From NCBI RefSeq assembly GCF_964204645.1, contig NC_134030.1, forward strand, positions 15,190,110-15,254,109: a stretch of 64,000 nt of DNA. Reading direction: 5' to 3'. This document shows, piece by piece, positions 40,855 to 52,413 of the stretch (positions are counted from its first letter, which is position 1; each line of letters starts with the position of its first letter). The position numbers were made by a program, and so were the translations under genes. Below the pieces are notes generated by a model. The model had not been told where the DNA came from. It worked only from the letters and a program-made list of their open reading frames with translations, and searched no databases. The stretch is from Tubulanus polymorphus (lineage: Eukaryota > Animalia > Nemertea).

Positions 40855-42243
40855 GCAAAAACCGTAATGTTTCCATTTTTAACGCATGCGCATTAGGCTT
40901 AGTAAGTGTTGGAAAAGTCGAGAAATCAGTACAGTGCGCAGGCGTCATGACAGTGTTTACATGTTTCAAAACTGGGTCATGTCAGTACGGTATTCGCTTG
41001 AAATGAACCAGCGCGAACATAGCAGCGGGATCGTGATGTCTAAATAATCTCGTATCATATGCTTGCGTTTTATATGTTAATACAATTAAAAGAATTGTCC
41101 AAATAAATAAACAGTGACATTGGGATCACCATAGAAAGTGCACCAAAGTTCATAATGGTTAGCATTTCGAGATCAGCATTTTCGGGATTCGAACATGATA
41201 GCGTCGTATAAAATAAATCAGCGACACTGGAGTCATCAAAGTTCAAATTGAATTGAAATAAGTTCAGTATTTTTCGGGGCTCGAATCTGGTAGCGCCGCA
41301 AAAATAAACGAATGACACTCGGGTCATCAATGTTCAAATCGAAATTGAAATAAGATGAAATAAGATAATTATTTATTGTGGGATTCGAATCTAATAGAAA
41401 CGGAAACATAGAGTCATCAAAACACACATTCATTATGCGTCTTCAGCCAGTCCTGGCAGTGGCTGTCTCCACAGTGTATCTACGTTGCTCTACGATCCTG
41501 TGTAACCACCCACCCAGACACGTTCATTCAACAAATTCGCGTGACTTTGGCCGACAGAACTACTGTCGGCATTTTTGCCTGTGTTCAAACTGCGATATCT
41601 CAGCAAATAAACAACCGATTTTGATAAATTAACTATCTACACTAACCTTATGACGTTTTGTGTTTGTTCATTATATTTGTTTGAGGATAAAACCGATTTT
41701 AGTACGATTTTAGTACGATTTTAGTACGATTTTAGTAATTTAAGATACAAAAATGATCCGCTGTTTAGCGATGAGACACGCATCGTTCAAGTGTCTTGTT
41801 GCTAACGAACTACAGTGTTACAATGCCAGTAGTTTCAAAGTGAAGAAATTGTGTCATTTTTGCTATTTCTGTATTTATATCAAGCACGGACTATGATGAA
41901 GGAACATCCGAATGAATATAATAATAAGAAAACTGAATGTTTGAGGTTTGTAACGAGAGTTTATTTTTCACAATCGGTTTGATGAAACTGGATTACTAGT
42001 GGTTTAAAGTCACAGTGATTTAAGAGTATTGAGAAAATGTCGTTCGTGTCTTAGTGTCTGTGGTACATCACAGACACTAAGGTTCTTGGTGAATATGCGT
42101 CCTGACATGACCCAGTTTTGAAAGTTCTGACATGTAGTGACGCCTGCGCACTCAACCGATTTCTGGACTTAGAGAATTTCACCAACACTCACTAATGCGC
42201 ATGCGTTAAAAACGGAGACATTGGAAACATTACGGTTTTCGCT
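40855..42243. mobile_element. Non-autonomous TIR element with ~140-bp imperfect TIRs
   Basis: aaaaccgtaatgtttcca...aaaactgggtcatgtcag, with the reverse complement at ~42100-42240. Confidence 0.7.
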
Positions 42244-44539
42244 GGACCTCTTAAAAGTCGATTTTTACATCAATGGAAGAAAGAAACTCGACCAAAACTA
42301 TTAGGTGACGCTTCTGCGAGAACCTGTACTGCGTGTGGCCTCGAAGATATCGACATACAAGGCAGTATGTCTCCGTTACAGCACCATCAAAGTCTACCCT
42401 GCTCAAAGGAACGGTTGTCAATCGACAAAAATCCCGACGAACTTGAGATGGAAAAACCAATTTCTACTGACTGACTTACTGAACTGAATCAGCCATGCAG
42501 CAGAGGCCTTCACCAAGAATCTTAGTGTCTGAAGTACCACAGTTGTTGGTTACACTAGGATCGTAGAGCGACGGAGATCACTGGTGGAGACAACCGCTGC
42601 CAGTGCTGGGTGAACAGAGGCCACGACACCGGCAATTTGTTTGTTCACTTAAGATGACTGATTGATTATGCTGAATGTGACACGAGATATTAACAGTCAA
42701 TTCAGTGTGGTAAAAATATCAGCCAATACGACAGGTAACTTCACTTACTTCAATTCAATATCTTTTAAAACTTGTGAACAGTAAAAGAATACTTATTTAC
42801 AAATATTCTGTTGATTGTCTACTGTAGGTCATTGTGTGTGTTCTGATGAAGATTTTCTGAGATACAACTCAGGATTTCTTAAGAATTAGAAGTTATGCGT
42901 AATAAATTAATGAGCTCAACATGCACAGAATGAATTATTGTTGTATCATGGTAAGTTTGATAAACCGATGAAACATGAATTGAAAAGTCAATCCAGGTTT
43001 AATTGTTAGTATATCTATAATGATTTTATTTCAGAAAGTATCTTCAATCACGAATCAAAGAGATTAAACGAATGCAGCACTAATTGTCATGAAATGAGAT
43101 TCCAAATAACGGTAACTCCTAGATCCTGATACAGTGATAAGGTTTAAAGTGCTGGATTTTATGAATAACTATAGGAGCGAGCATGCAATTGGAATTGAGA
43201 TTGGATTTAGGCCTACTGTCTGGTCAAGACTTAGTCTTTGTGATTCGAGTTAAGTTAGAGATATCAGTGTCATTCTGTTGTCATAAAATGTAATGTCATA
43301 CAATACGTATGTCACCGTCTTGTCAGGCTGTCTGTATATTGAATAAGATTTTGTACTAGAAGTGGACAATAAATATAGAATAGCAGTAAAAAGAGTTTGT
43401 CGTGATGGATTTTATACTCAATTTCTAGCAAAAATCATGTGTGGTCCATGAGGAGAGGAAATTATTGCGAATATCCAGTCAGATGATCTCTGGTCTTACC
43501 CAAGTCTGTCCCAACTCACTGTCTGTATCGAGAATATTAGTAGAGATGTTGCAGTGGATCCAAATATCTGATCTCACAAAACACTAACAAGGAGTTCAAC
43601 TATTGTAAACTTTATTCAGACTTTAGTCATTTTCACATCATCATAATCACAACAATTCACTGAATATATTCCAGATACGGTTGATAAAGAAAGCATGCCT
43701 CCCTTCGGACAAGTTCCTTCAGAATGACTATCACAGCTGAGCCCTCTTTCTTGCCTACAAAATGAAAAAGTATCAATTGAGTTGTCTATTTGAATTCCGA
43801 GTAAATATCAGCGGATTAATTCGATACTTACAGCAATTAATGCCTTTCCTCGGTCTTTAAATTTCCGTTTGTTTGCTGATTACATTTATGATTCATAGAT
43901 TATCAGCTGATTTACTGTAATCAATCATTCCAGTGCGATTTTGATATTACTCTTAGTTTCGCTTATTCGATGAGACACCATTTTAACCCGGAAGTAACTC
44001 GATACTGACATGTTTGACATGCATCGAAAATGTAAAATGGAGGATGGGATCAACCGGTCTCTAACTGAAGGTAGAGACCGGCAACCAGTCTATCTCTGAC
44101 TCGGAATAAGATAGGGATTTCTATAAAAGGTCTGAGAATAAGCGACACTCAACGCTAGTGTTTAAGACCCGGGGCGCAGCGTCAGCGTTAGCGAATAAGC
44201 GCATAGATTTTCAAAGAAATGAATGCACGCGTACCGTACGGCCGTGACTTCCATCTTCAGTGATCTTGATGAGTAACGCCAACAGTTTGCCGTTGGCGTT
44301 ACTCATCAACGACTAAAAGCCAGAATTGGTTGCAACCAATTCTGGCTTATTCGTTAGCGGGGGAGAGGGTTAACTGCACTTAGATAGACAGACGCCGTTT
44401 CACTTTGAAAGCTTCAGTCGACGGAGCGTTTATCACTTCCTCGGAGAGATGGTTCGAGTCAATGGTAGTCCGCACAAAGAATGAGTTCTCGAATATTCAG
44501 GGGTTTTTGTATTCGGTAGGCCTACCACAAAACAGTTAC

Positions 44540-45691
44540 TGTTGTTCCGCACACTACGTGCAATAGGGTTTGAACTTACAAAGTCTGGATTGATGTGGCG
44601 AACGCCAGTAAATAGTTTATGTTAGTAGAAATAGGTCATGTTAGTATCCCCGCCCTGCATGTCAATCATATTAGCATGAGCATGTGCTGTACGCGGAGTC
44701 AAAAATAAACAGTTGTATTTTGCATATCAAACGAAAAGGGTCTTCTCTCATTCTTTCTCTGCATCGAACTGATTTTTCCTGTGGAACTGCAAGATCTCCA
44801 CATTTGGTGCTGTGACCAGGATTCGCTGAGAAAATGTCCGAAGACGATAGGAAACGACTTCTTCGCCTACGAATCTTCCGAAATTAATATAGCACCGTAG
44901 ATATTTAACTAAATTTAGTCTAAATTAACAGAGCATTTTTAGGTCTAGTTATGAATTCTATTTCTTATTTTACAAATATTGTCTTATTTTCATCGATGTT
45001 ACTAAGGGGGCAGGATGGCAATCAGTTTTGGAGTGTCGGACTGTTTGTTTGTTTTAGAAATGTACTTGAAGTGTCAGTCAGTTTGTATTGTTTTGATAAC
45101 TGCCTTCTGGTCTCTGCCACCCTTGATGTCTTATGTAATAGCATCCGGTTCAAAATTTGTTGGTAGAAATCAGAGATTCGAGTTGTAGCTTTTGAGCGGG
45201 TTGGATGTCCAGCCTCGTCTCTCCGATATATCGAAGAAAATAAAGTGAAATTTACGGTTTGAAGTTTTAAGAACGTTTTCTCGTCGTTGGTTCCTGATCG
45301 TCGACTTAAGGATTTTTTACGTAGTTACCCTGGGCTTCCGAGGCGGAAATCTCAGGGTGCTATATTAACTCTTATGACGTTCGATGGAAACATTTTGGAC
45401 TGGTTGGAATTTTACGATACGTTCAACTCGGCCGTGGCATCCGACCAAAGTTTATCCAATGTGCAAAAATTCCAATACTTGAAGGCCCAACTCGTAGAAG
45501 CGGCCCACGTGATCAATGGACTTACGCTAACCGAGGGTAATTACGAACATGCAATGGAACTACTAATTGACAGGTATGGTCAAAACCACATCATTATCAG
45601 TGCGTACGTGTGGGCATTGTGGGAATTAGAAAAACCGTAACTACAATTCGTTAAGAGAATTATACGATAAATTAGAATCATCAACCGTGCG
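44540..45691 (+). mobile_element. BEL/Pao 5' fragment (LTR end, PBS, gag DUF1759-like)
   Basis: AATAAA at ~44703; ...CA then PBS TGGTGCTGTGACCAGG (44805-44820); TFDGNILDWLEFYDTF..QKFQYLK..NY..A..LL..RYG, then NSLRELYDKLES. The LTR start is approximate. Confidence 0.85.
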
Positions 45692-45792
45692 AGTAATAGG
45701 GTATTAGTTGTTCTATACCAAAGGTCGAACGGTCGAAAAATAATTTTTCGACCATTCAACCTTTGATACAAAACAACTAATACCCTATTACT
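45692..45792. repeat. Terminal hairpin 1 (49-bp stem, 3-nt loop)
   Basis: agtaatagggtattagttgtt...aacaactaataccctattact, with 5 mismatches. Confidence 0.95.
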
Positions 45793-45889
45793 CTATATAA
45801 TCACAAGTCTCATAATTTACAATCCTCAGCACGCTGAGTATTGCGTAATACATGTTGATTCTAGATGGATGGTTCTAGAAAACTACATT

Positions 45890-46170
45890 AGCCAATCACA
45901 GTTGAGTATTTGGCCTAGTCTATCCAATCACAGTTGAATATTTCCAGCCAATCACAGTTGAGTATTCCCTATTACTCTATCCAATCACAGTTGAGTATTA
46001 ATCTATCCAATCACAGTTGAGTATTCCCTATTACTCTAGCCAATCACAAGCCTCATAATTTACAAGTCTCAACACGCAGCTGGGTTTTCCCCCACTGTTG
46101 AGTAGTATAAATAGGCGGGACGCACACGTGGCGGGACGCGTTGAGAGGTAAGTGTTGAGAGGTAAGTGTT
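45890..46170 (+). promoter_or_regulatory. Pol II-type promoter: six CCAATCACA repeats, TATAAATA, GGCGGG boxes
   Basis: ccaatcaca at ~45892, 45924, 45948, 45981, 46006 and 46040; tataaata at ~46106; duplicated gagagGTAAGT. Confidence 0.65.
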
Positions 46171-46203
46171 ATGTTCAATTTGAATAAAAAATTTGATATT
46201 AAA

Positions 46204-48930
46204 ATGGAAGTAAATAAGTACTACTGTTCAACATGTAAAATTGATATAGATAAATCTCAAAAAGCAAGACATTATAAAACTAAAACACATTTAGAGAATA
46301 AATTAAAGTTAGAATATAAAGATGATATGTTAGAAACTAAATTAGATGAATTAAAGAATGAAAAAGAAATATATAAATGTGATACATGTAATCAATCATT
46401 CAGTGAAAAAAGATATTATGAACAACATTTAAAATCAAAAAGTCATATTAGAAATATGAATAATGATATTTTAGGTGAAGATTATTTTGATAATGATAAT
46501 AATAAACCGAAGACAATTAAAAGAATAAAAGATACTCTAAATAATAAGAAATCATATAGGCCTATGGAAAATGTTAGAAATTATATTTAATCATTAGATA
46601 ATAAAAAATTGAATTTAAATTTCATAAAGGCAAAACATTAGAAGAAAATAAAAAACATTTAGAAAATATGAAAAATATTATAAGAATAATTACAGACGTA
46701 GAATACCCTAAGATAAGTATATCAGTTAAAGTTAAATTTTTAAAATCTGAAGATAAACCAATTTATAACATAAATTCTCATTCACAACACATTATTTCAA
46801 AACAGCATATAGATGATGGATTAGATAAATGTTATAATGAAATAAAAAATAAGATAGAAGAGAAATATTTTGGAAGGATCAGGTTTAATATTTGATGAAA
46901 TAATATTTATGACTTTACATGTGTACAATACAAAATATAAGGTAACTAAGTCAAAACCAATTGATGAAAATAATTTATCATATTATAAAGATGATGATAT
47001 AAATGGATCAAGTTATATCAAATTACCATTTAAAACTAATACTGTTATAAATGTACAAAATGAAGATGATAAATGTTTTCTATGGTCAATTATAAGTTGC
47101 TTACATCCAACAGAAGATATTACTCATAGTTTTAGATTAACACATTATAAACCATTTGAAAATAATTATAAGATAGATAATTATCCTGTTAGAATTAAAA
47201 ATATCCCCAAAATAGAAAGAGATAATAATATAAAGATAAATGTGTTTGATTTAGTCAAATTACCAATAACAAAAGGTAATAGGGCCTAATATTAAATATT
47301 TCACATTAGAACCTCTATACCTATCAAAAGATTATGATTCAAATAATGTGATAGATATATTATATTATGAGAAACATTATATGTGGATTAAAAGAATTGA
47401 TTTATTTTTCAAATCAGATGATTTTGATAATAAGATATATCTATGTAGAAAATGTATAACTAAATTCAGAACTGAAAGTGCATTATTAAATCATAAACAA
47501 TTATGTGGAAATCATGATTATTGCAAAATAGTTTTACCAAATGAAAAGGATAAATTATTAGAATTCAAAAAATATAATTACAAGAATAAAGTACCATTTG
47601 TAATATATGGAGATTTTGAATCACTAAATAAAGAATTAACTGATCAAGATAGAAAAGAAATATATTATAAAAGAAAGAAATTAAATTCTAATGAAAATGG
47701 TATAATTGATTATTCAGATCCTCTAATAACAAATACTATTAAAAAGATTCATCAAAGGGCTGCAGCTTTTGCATTATATATTAAATCTGATTATCCAGAA
47801 CTAATTAAAAGTGAATAATATAATTACAGAAATGAAAATGTTATCAATCATTTCTGTGAGTTATTAATTGAATATGAAATCAAATTTAATGAATTGTTAA
47901 ATAAAGATAAAGAAATAATTATGACAGAAGAAGATAAAGAAGAATTTGAGTTTGCTAAAAAATGTTATTATTGTGAAAAGACATTTAATTATAAAAAGGT
48001 TAGAGACCATGATCATTTGAATGGAAAGTTTAGAGAATTGTAACTTAAAAGCTAAAAAAATTAACTTTGTTCCAGTTATATTTCATAATTTATCAGGGTA
48101 TGATGCTCATTTATTCATTAAGCAACTGTGTCATAAAATAGAAGAAATCAATAATGAAATAGAAAGAGTAAATTTAAATAGATCAAAAGATAAAATACAA
48201 ACATATAAATTTAAAATGTTAGCTAAAACATCTGAGAATTATATATCTTTCCAATTTGGGTGTCTAAGATTTATAGATTCATATAGATTTTTAAGTAGTT
48301 CATTAGATAATTTATCAAAATCATTAGTTGATGATGAATTAAAGATATTAAAGGAACACTATCCAAATAATGATGATTTTCAATTAATGAGATATAAAGG
48401 AGCAATTCCATATAGTTATTATAAATCGCATAATGATTTCAATATAACTGAATTATTAAAAGAACAATTCTATGATGAATTAAAAAATGAATATGTTAAA
48501 GATGAAGTCTATAATAGAACATTGAATATTTGGAATCATTTTGGAATGAAAAATCATGGACAATTAGTGGATTTATATCTAAAATCAGATGTATTATCAT
48601 TATCTGATATATTCGAAAGGTTTAGAGATGTAAATCTAAGATATTTTAATATTGATCCATGTCATTGTTATTCTAGTCCAGGTTTAACTTAGGATTGTGG
48701 TTCAAAATTTACAGATATAAAAATGGATTTGTCAACAAATATAGATCAATTATTATTATTTGAAAAATCTATAAGAGGAGGAGTTTCAGGTGTATTAGGC
48801 GATAGATATTTCAATGTAAATGATAATCCTGGATATAAATTATCATATATAGATGCAAATAATCTATATGGTTGGGCAATGATGGAACCACAACCTTATG
48901 GAGTATTTGAAATAACTGAAGTTTTAGTAT
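46204..48930 (+). pseudogene. Protein-primed family B DNA polymerase with N-terminal C2H2 zinc fingers and EndoVII-like insert; disrupted and truncated
   Basis: DKCFLWS; YGDFES (ExoI); CYYC..VRDHDH; FHNLSGYD (ExoII); FIDSYRF; YLKSDV (ExoIII); IRGG; YIDANNLYGWAM. Several frameshifts and stops (e.g. PGLT*D at 48690). Confidence 0.93.
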
Positions 48931-48940
48931 TGTTGGTACC

Positions 48941-51388
48941 TAGCACGATTTCAGCGTTTTTCAAGAATTCCCTGAAATTTCGGCGTTTTTCGGAAATTCC
49001 CTGAAATTTCAGCGTTTTTATTTCAGCGTTTCAGCGATTCAGCTTTTTCAGCGAAGTTCAGGAACCGCATTTATTAGGGAAAAAATTACTTGTGGTGATG
49101 AGTGATTAAAAAAAGCGAAAAAATTTAATTCATTAAATGAACCTGGATCATCTGAGCCCGGTCACCTTCCCCCTGTATATAGCGAACGCGTAAGTAATCG
49201 TTCTCGTCCAAGCCTCGCTGCATCGATCTATCCGAGCACATAGCAACGCACTATCGACCGTTCTCGTCAATGCCTCGCCGCGTCGATCTATCCAAGCGCA
49301 GCTGTTGTTACGCGCACTCACTGTACAGCACAACGCAAATCGACCGTTCTCGTCAGTGCCTCGATCAATAAAATTGTCCAGATAAGTCATTTCGGATTCT
49401 CAATATTTAATTAATTTTATTATCAATTTATTTTTCTAATCGACAATTACTAAACCATGATGCCCGTCTTCATTTTTCCCATGGTAAATCCCTCTAAATC
49501 TTTTGATTCCTCTGTACTCAATAAAACCCATTTATCAGGTAAAATACTTTAAATTCTCGCGTTGTACTAACGTTACAGTTACTTAAATTTGCTGATATTT
49601 TATCTCCATATTTAGTTTTTACCTTTTCTAATTTCAATATTTTGTGCTCAATTTCTTTTGTAACATCGACTAACTTTTTTATTTCAAATTTTTTTGTTGG
49701 TTTTATTCTGTTATTTATTGTTGCTAAGAAAACCTTTCTATCTCCCATTTATTAGAAAAAAAATTACTTGTGGTAATGAGTGCTGTGTCGTACTCTCGTA
49801 ATCTGGTATGAAACCCTGATATTACAATTACTTACACCATACGTGGGTGCTTTTCCAGGTGGCAGTAAATGTAACAAGAAATTTCCATCAACTATGACAG
49901 CTTCGACTGATTTTGGAGACGACTGGTCAATTCTACTCTCCAATTCACGAAACAGTGAGCTCTTGTCAGTCTTAGCAATTGTTCCATCACCATAAAACAT
50001 GGATAGTGGTACTGGTGTAAGTGGAAATGTGAAGACATCCTCCAAGTCCAGCATCTTCTTTGATGCAACAACAGCAAGGCGGCCCATAAGATCCCGGGTA
50101 CATTTGAGTTCTGCAACCTTTTTGTTCATTGATCGCGTATTAGATGTGCATTCATTTTTGAATGTTAATAATTTGACTTTATGCAGGGGTTCTTCAAATC
50201 TATTTGCATTCTCGATGCATTCATCAACAAATTGCTTGTGTCGTACTTTGCCCCTGTCCCTGATTCCTAGCAGACTTTTTCTCACTGCCTCAGACGCTAC
50301 CTTGCCTATACAAATGTTGAATAAAGAATCCTTTGCATTTTCCTGGAATGGGTTGCTAGTCTGTTCGATGTACTCCATTACCTTCTCTAAGTCATTTGTG
50401 TTTCTTTTCAGTCTTGATGGATGCATATCTGATATCGCGTCCGATTTGATAACGAGTCCAGCTATTTCTTGAAGTTTTGTTACAAGTGCTGCCCTGGCAG
50501 ATTTTGTGAGCATCCATCTTAATCGAGCATTGTAGTTATTTGTCATCGCAGCGATTCCGGTCAACCTTGAGGCAGCATCTCTGTTTTCGTCTGTTCGAGA
50601 GTCAGGTTAACAGGGATTCGACTAAATGTATGATCCGTTCTTCTAATCGTAAATGCTCCCTGCTCAAGGATTGAACGTAGTCCAGGATGACTCGAATCAA
50701 TATTGTGTAGGTCAAGCCGGAATTTAGTCAACCACCGTGAATAATTTATATGGTTGATTTCGAAGAATAGTGCAATGATCGGATTCAGAGCACTTGTATT
50801 ACACGACGTCATTTATCCGAATAGCTCTTTCAAGTCGGTGGTAATCATGTAAGAAGTCTACATACATTAACCAAAATTGTGCCGTTGCACCATGTGCGCC
50901 ATTTCTGGTTTGGTCAGTGTACTTCTGATATGCAGAATCTATATTTATCAAATCATCGGACAACTCTGCCACTTCATCGTACGACTCGAGGAAAGACTTG
51001 AAATGTAGAATTTCAAACGCCAGTGAAAGTATGCCATGTATCCTTTTACAACGATTGAAAGGCTTTCCTTGTAAAACACCGTTAAGCGAACCACTTGCAA
51101 TGACGGAGGTTTCAGTAAGCAGAGCAGGGCCACCCGATTCTGCTATTAGCTTACCTAAAGCTTTAAAAAAAGCCATTTCGACATGAAATGCACCTAGCAT
51201 AATGAATACGTCATCATACCTTGGGCGTTCTGTGGCCTGTATTTGCATTGCTGGCTTTGCAGCGTTCAGTTCATATGTAACTACACCGTATTCCTGCCTG
51301 CATTCTTGAGCACATCTCATTGTTACATTCAGAGTTTCCTGTATTACATCGAGACTTGTTGTAGGCTGCCTCATGTTTGGCATGTAAT
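48941..51388 (-). mobile_element. Academ-like DNA transposon remnant
   Basis: Broken transposase at 49790-51388 with LGAFHVEMAFFKALG..SG, NYSRW, FSRIP..LEQ, RW.L, PLS..G..KTDKS.L and IVDG. TAG terminus with atttcagcg subterminal repeats. The superfamily call is from recalled motifs. Confidence 0.65.
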
Positions 51389-51576
51389 AGTAATAGGGAT
51401 AATAGGCTTTCATACCAAAGGTCGAAGGGTCGAGCTCGTAAAAAAAATGAAAATAATAATTTACAGTTGAATTAGTCGCGCACACTCCTAATTCAACTGT
51501 AAATTATTATTATTTTCATTTTTTTACTCACTCGCCCCTTCAACCTTTGATACGAAAGCCTATTATCCCTATTACT
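51389..51576. repeat. Terminal hairpin 2 (~85-bp arms)
   Basis: agtaatagggataataggctttc...gaaagcctattatccctattact. Confidence 0.95.
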
Positions 51577-51656
51577 CTTAAAATATTCACATAAATGAAT
51601 AACATTTAAATCATTGAACTTCTAAAATCAATTTTAATAAAAAATATAGTATTAAA

Positions 51657-51917
51657 ATGGAAGCAAATAAATACTACTGCCCAACATGTAATATCGATAT
51701 AGATAAATCCCAAAAAGCAAGACACAATAAAACTATAACACATTTAGAGAATAAATTGAAACTAGAGTATTCAGAACAGTTAACAAAAGGAAAGAAATTT
51801 ATTGAATTATGGAACACTGATCCAAATAATGAACAATATGTTGAGGATACGATGTTTATACTAGAACATGATTCTATTTTAGCCTATATACATTCAATGT
51901 ACAGAGCTATAGAATAA
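51657..51917 (+). CDS. Small C2H2 zinc-finger protein (homologous to the pPolB N-terminus)
   Basis: MEANKYYCPTCNIDIDKSQKARHNKTITHLENKLKLEY vs MEVNKYYCSTCKIDIDKSQKARHYKTKTHLENKLKLEY at 46204. Confidence 0.7.
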   Translation: MEANKYYCPTCNIDIDKSQKARHNKTITHLENKLKLEYSEQLTKGKKFIELWNTDPNNEQYVEDTMFILEHDSILAYIHSMYRAIE

Positions 51918-52413
51918 ATCGATAAATTCACAGCTGTTACAGTTGTTACTATAACGACGAGATATTATGATTCATAATATTACAAATTGTGCTGGAACTC
52001 TGAATAGAGATGACGCATCATAATTAGAAACGTGTAGAATATTCTAGAACCGGAACTAGATGGCGTGGTATAATCAACGACGTGTCATTCTAGAAAGGCG
52101 TGCCGGAACTAGATGACGGGATATACGCTGTAATATTGTGCTCAGGATATTCTATCTTTCGAAACGAAATTAGGAGTTATAGTTTACAATTATAAATCTA
52201 AATGTAAGTACTGTTTTTTGTAGTTATTGGGGTTATTAAATATGAAACCTTTAAGTGCTTTTGACAACTGCAACTTCATACAGTTAATTCTATTTTACGT
52301 TAGATAGATAATAACTTGAACTATAATAAATTATAATAATTAGAAACGATAGACTTGAAAATATTTATATCATATAATATCACGGTTCCTGTTCTACCGC
52401 TGATATCTTTTAG

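Larger units (their letters stand above)
45692..48930 (+). mobile_element. Polinton/Maverick-like endogenous virus, element 1 (left part)
   Basis: Begins AGT exactly where the BEL gag breaks off; terminal hairpin, promoter array, then pPolB; sharp rise in AT content. Confidence 0.85.

Noticed and set aside
43000-43765. Possible minus-strand exon after a strong acceptor (ctttttcattttgtag)
   Set aside because: The frame contains stops and no recognisable domain, so a host gene cannot be supported.
50799-51485. 228-aa ORF as a real gene start
   Set aside because: The N-terminal ~32 codons are read through viral hairpin 2; only the part below 51389 is transposase.
45692-51576. Hairpins 1 and 2 as the two TIRs of a single element
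   Set aside because: Their asymmetric mismatches are in the same orientation, each is followed by the same zinc-finger ORF start, and the flanks show no TSD; they are two left ends.
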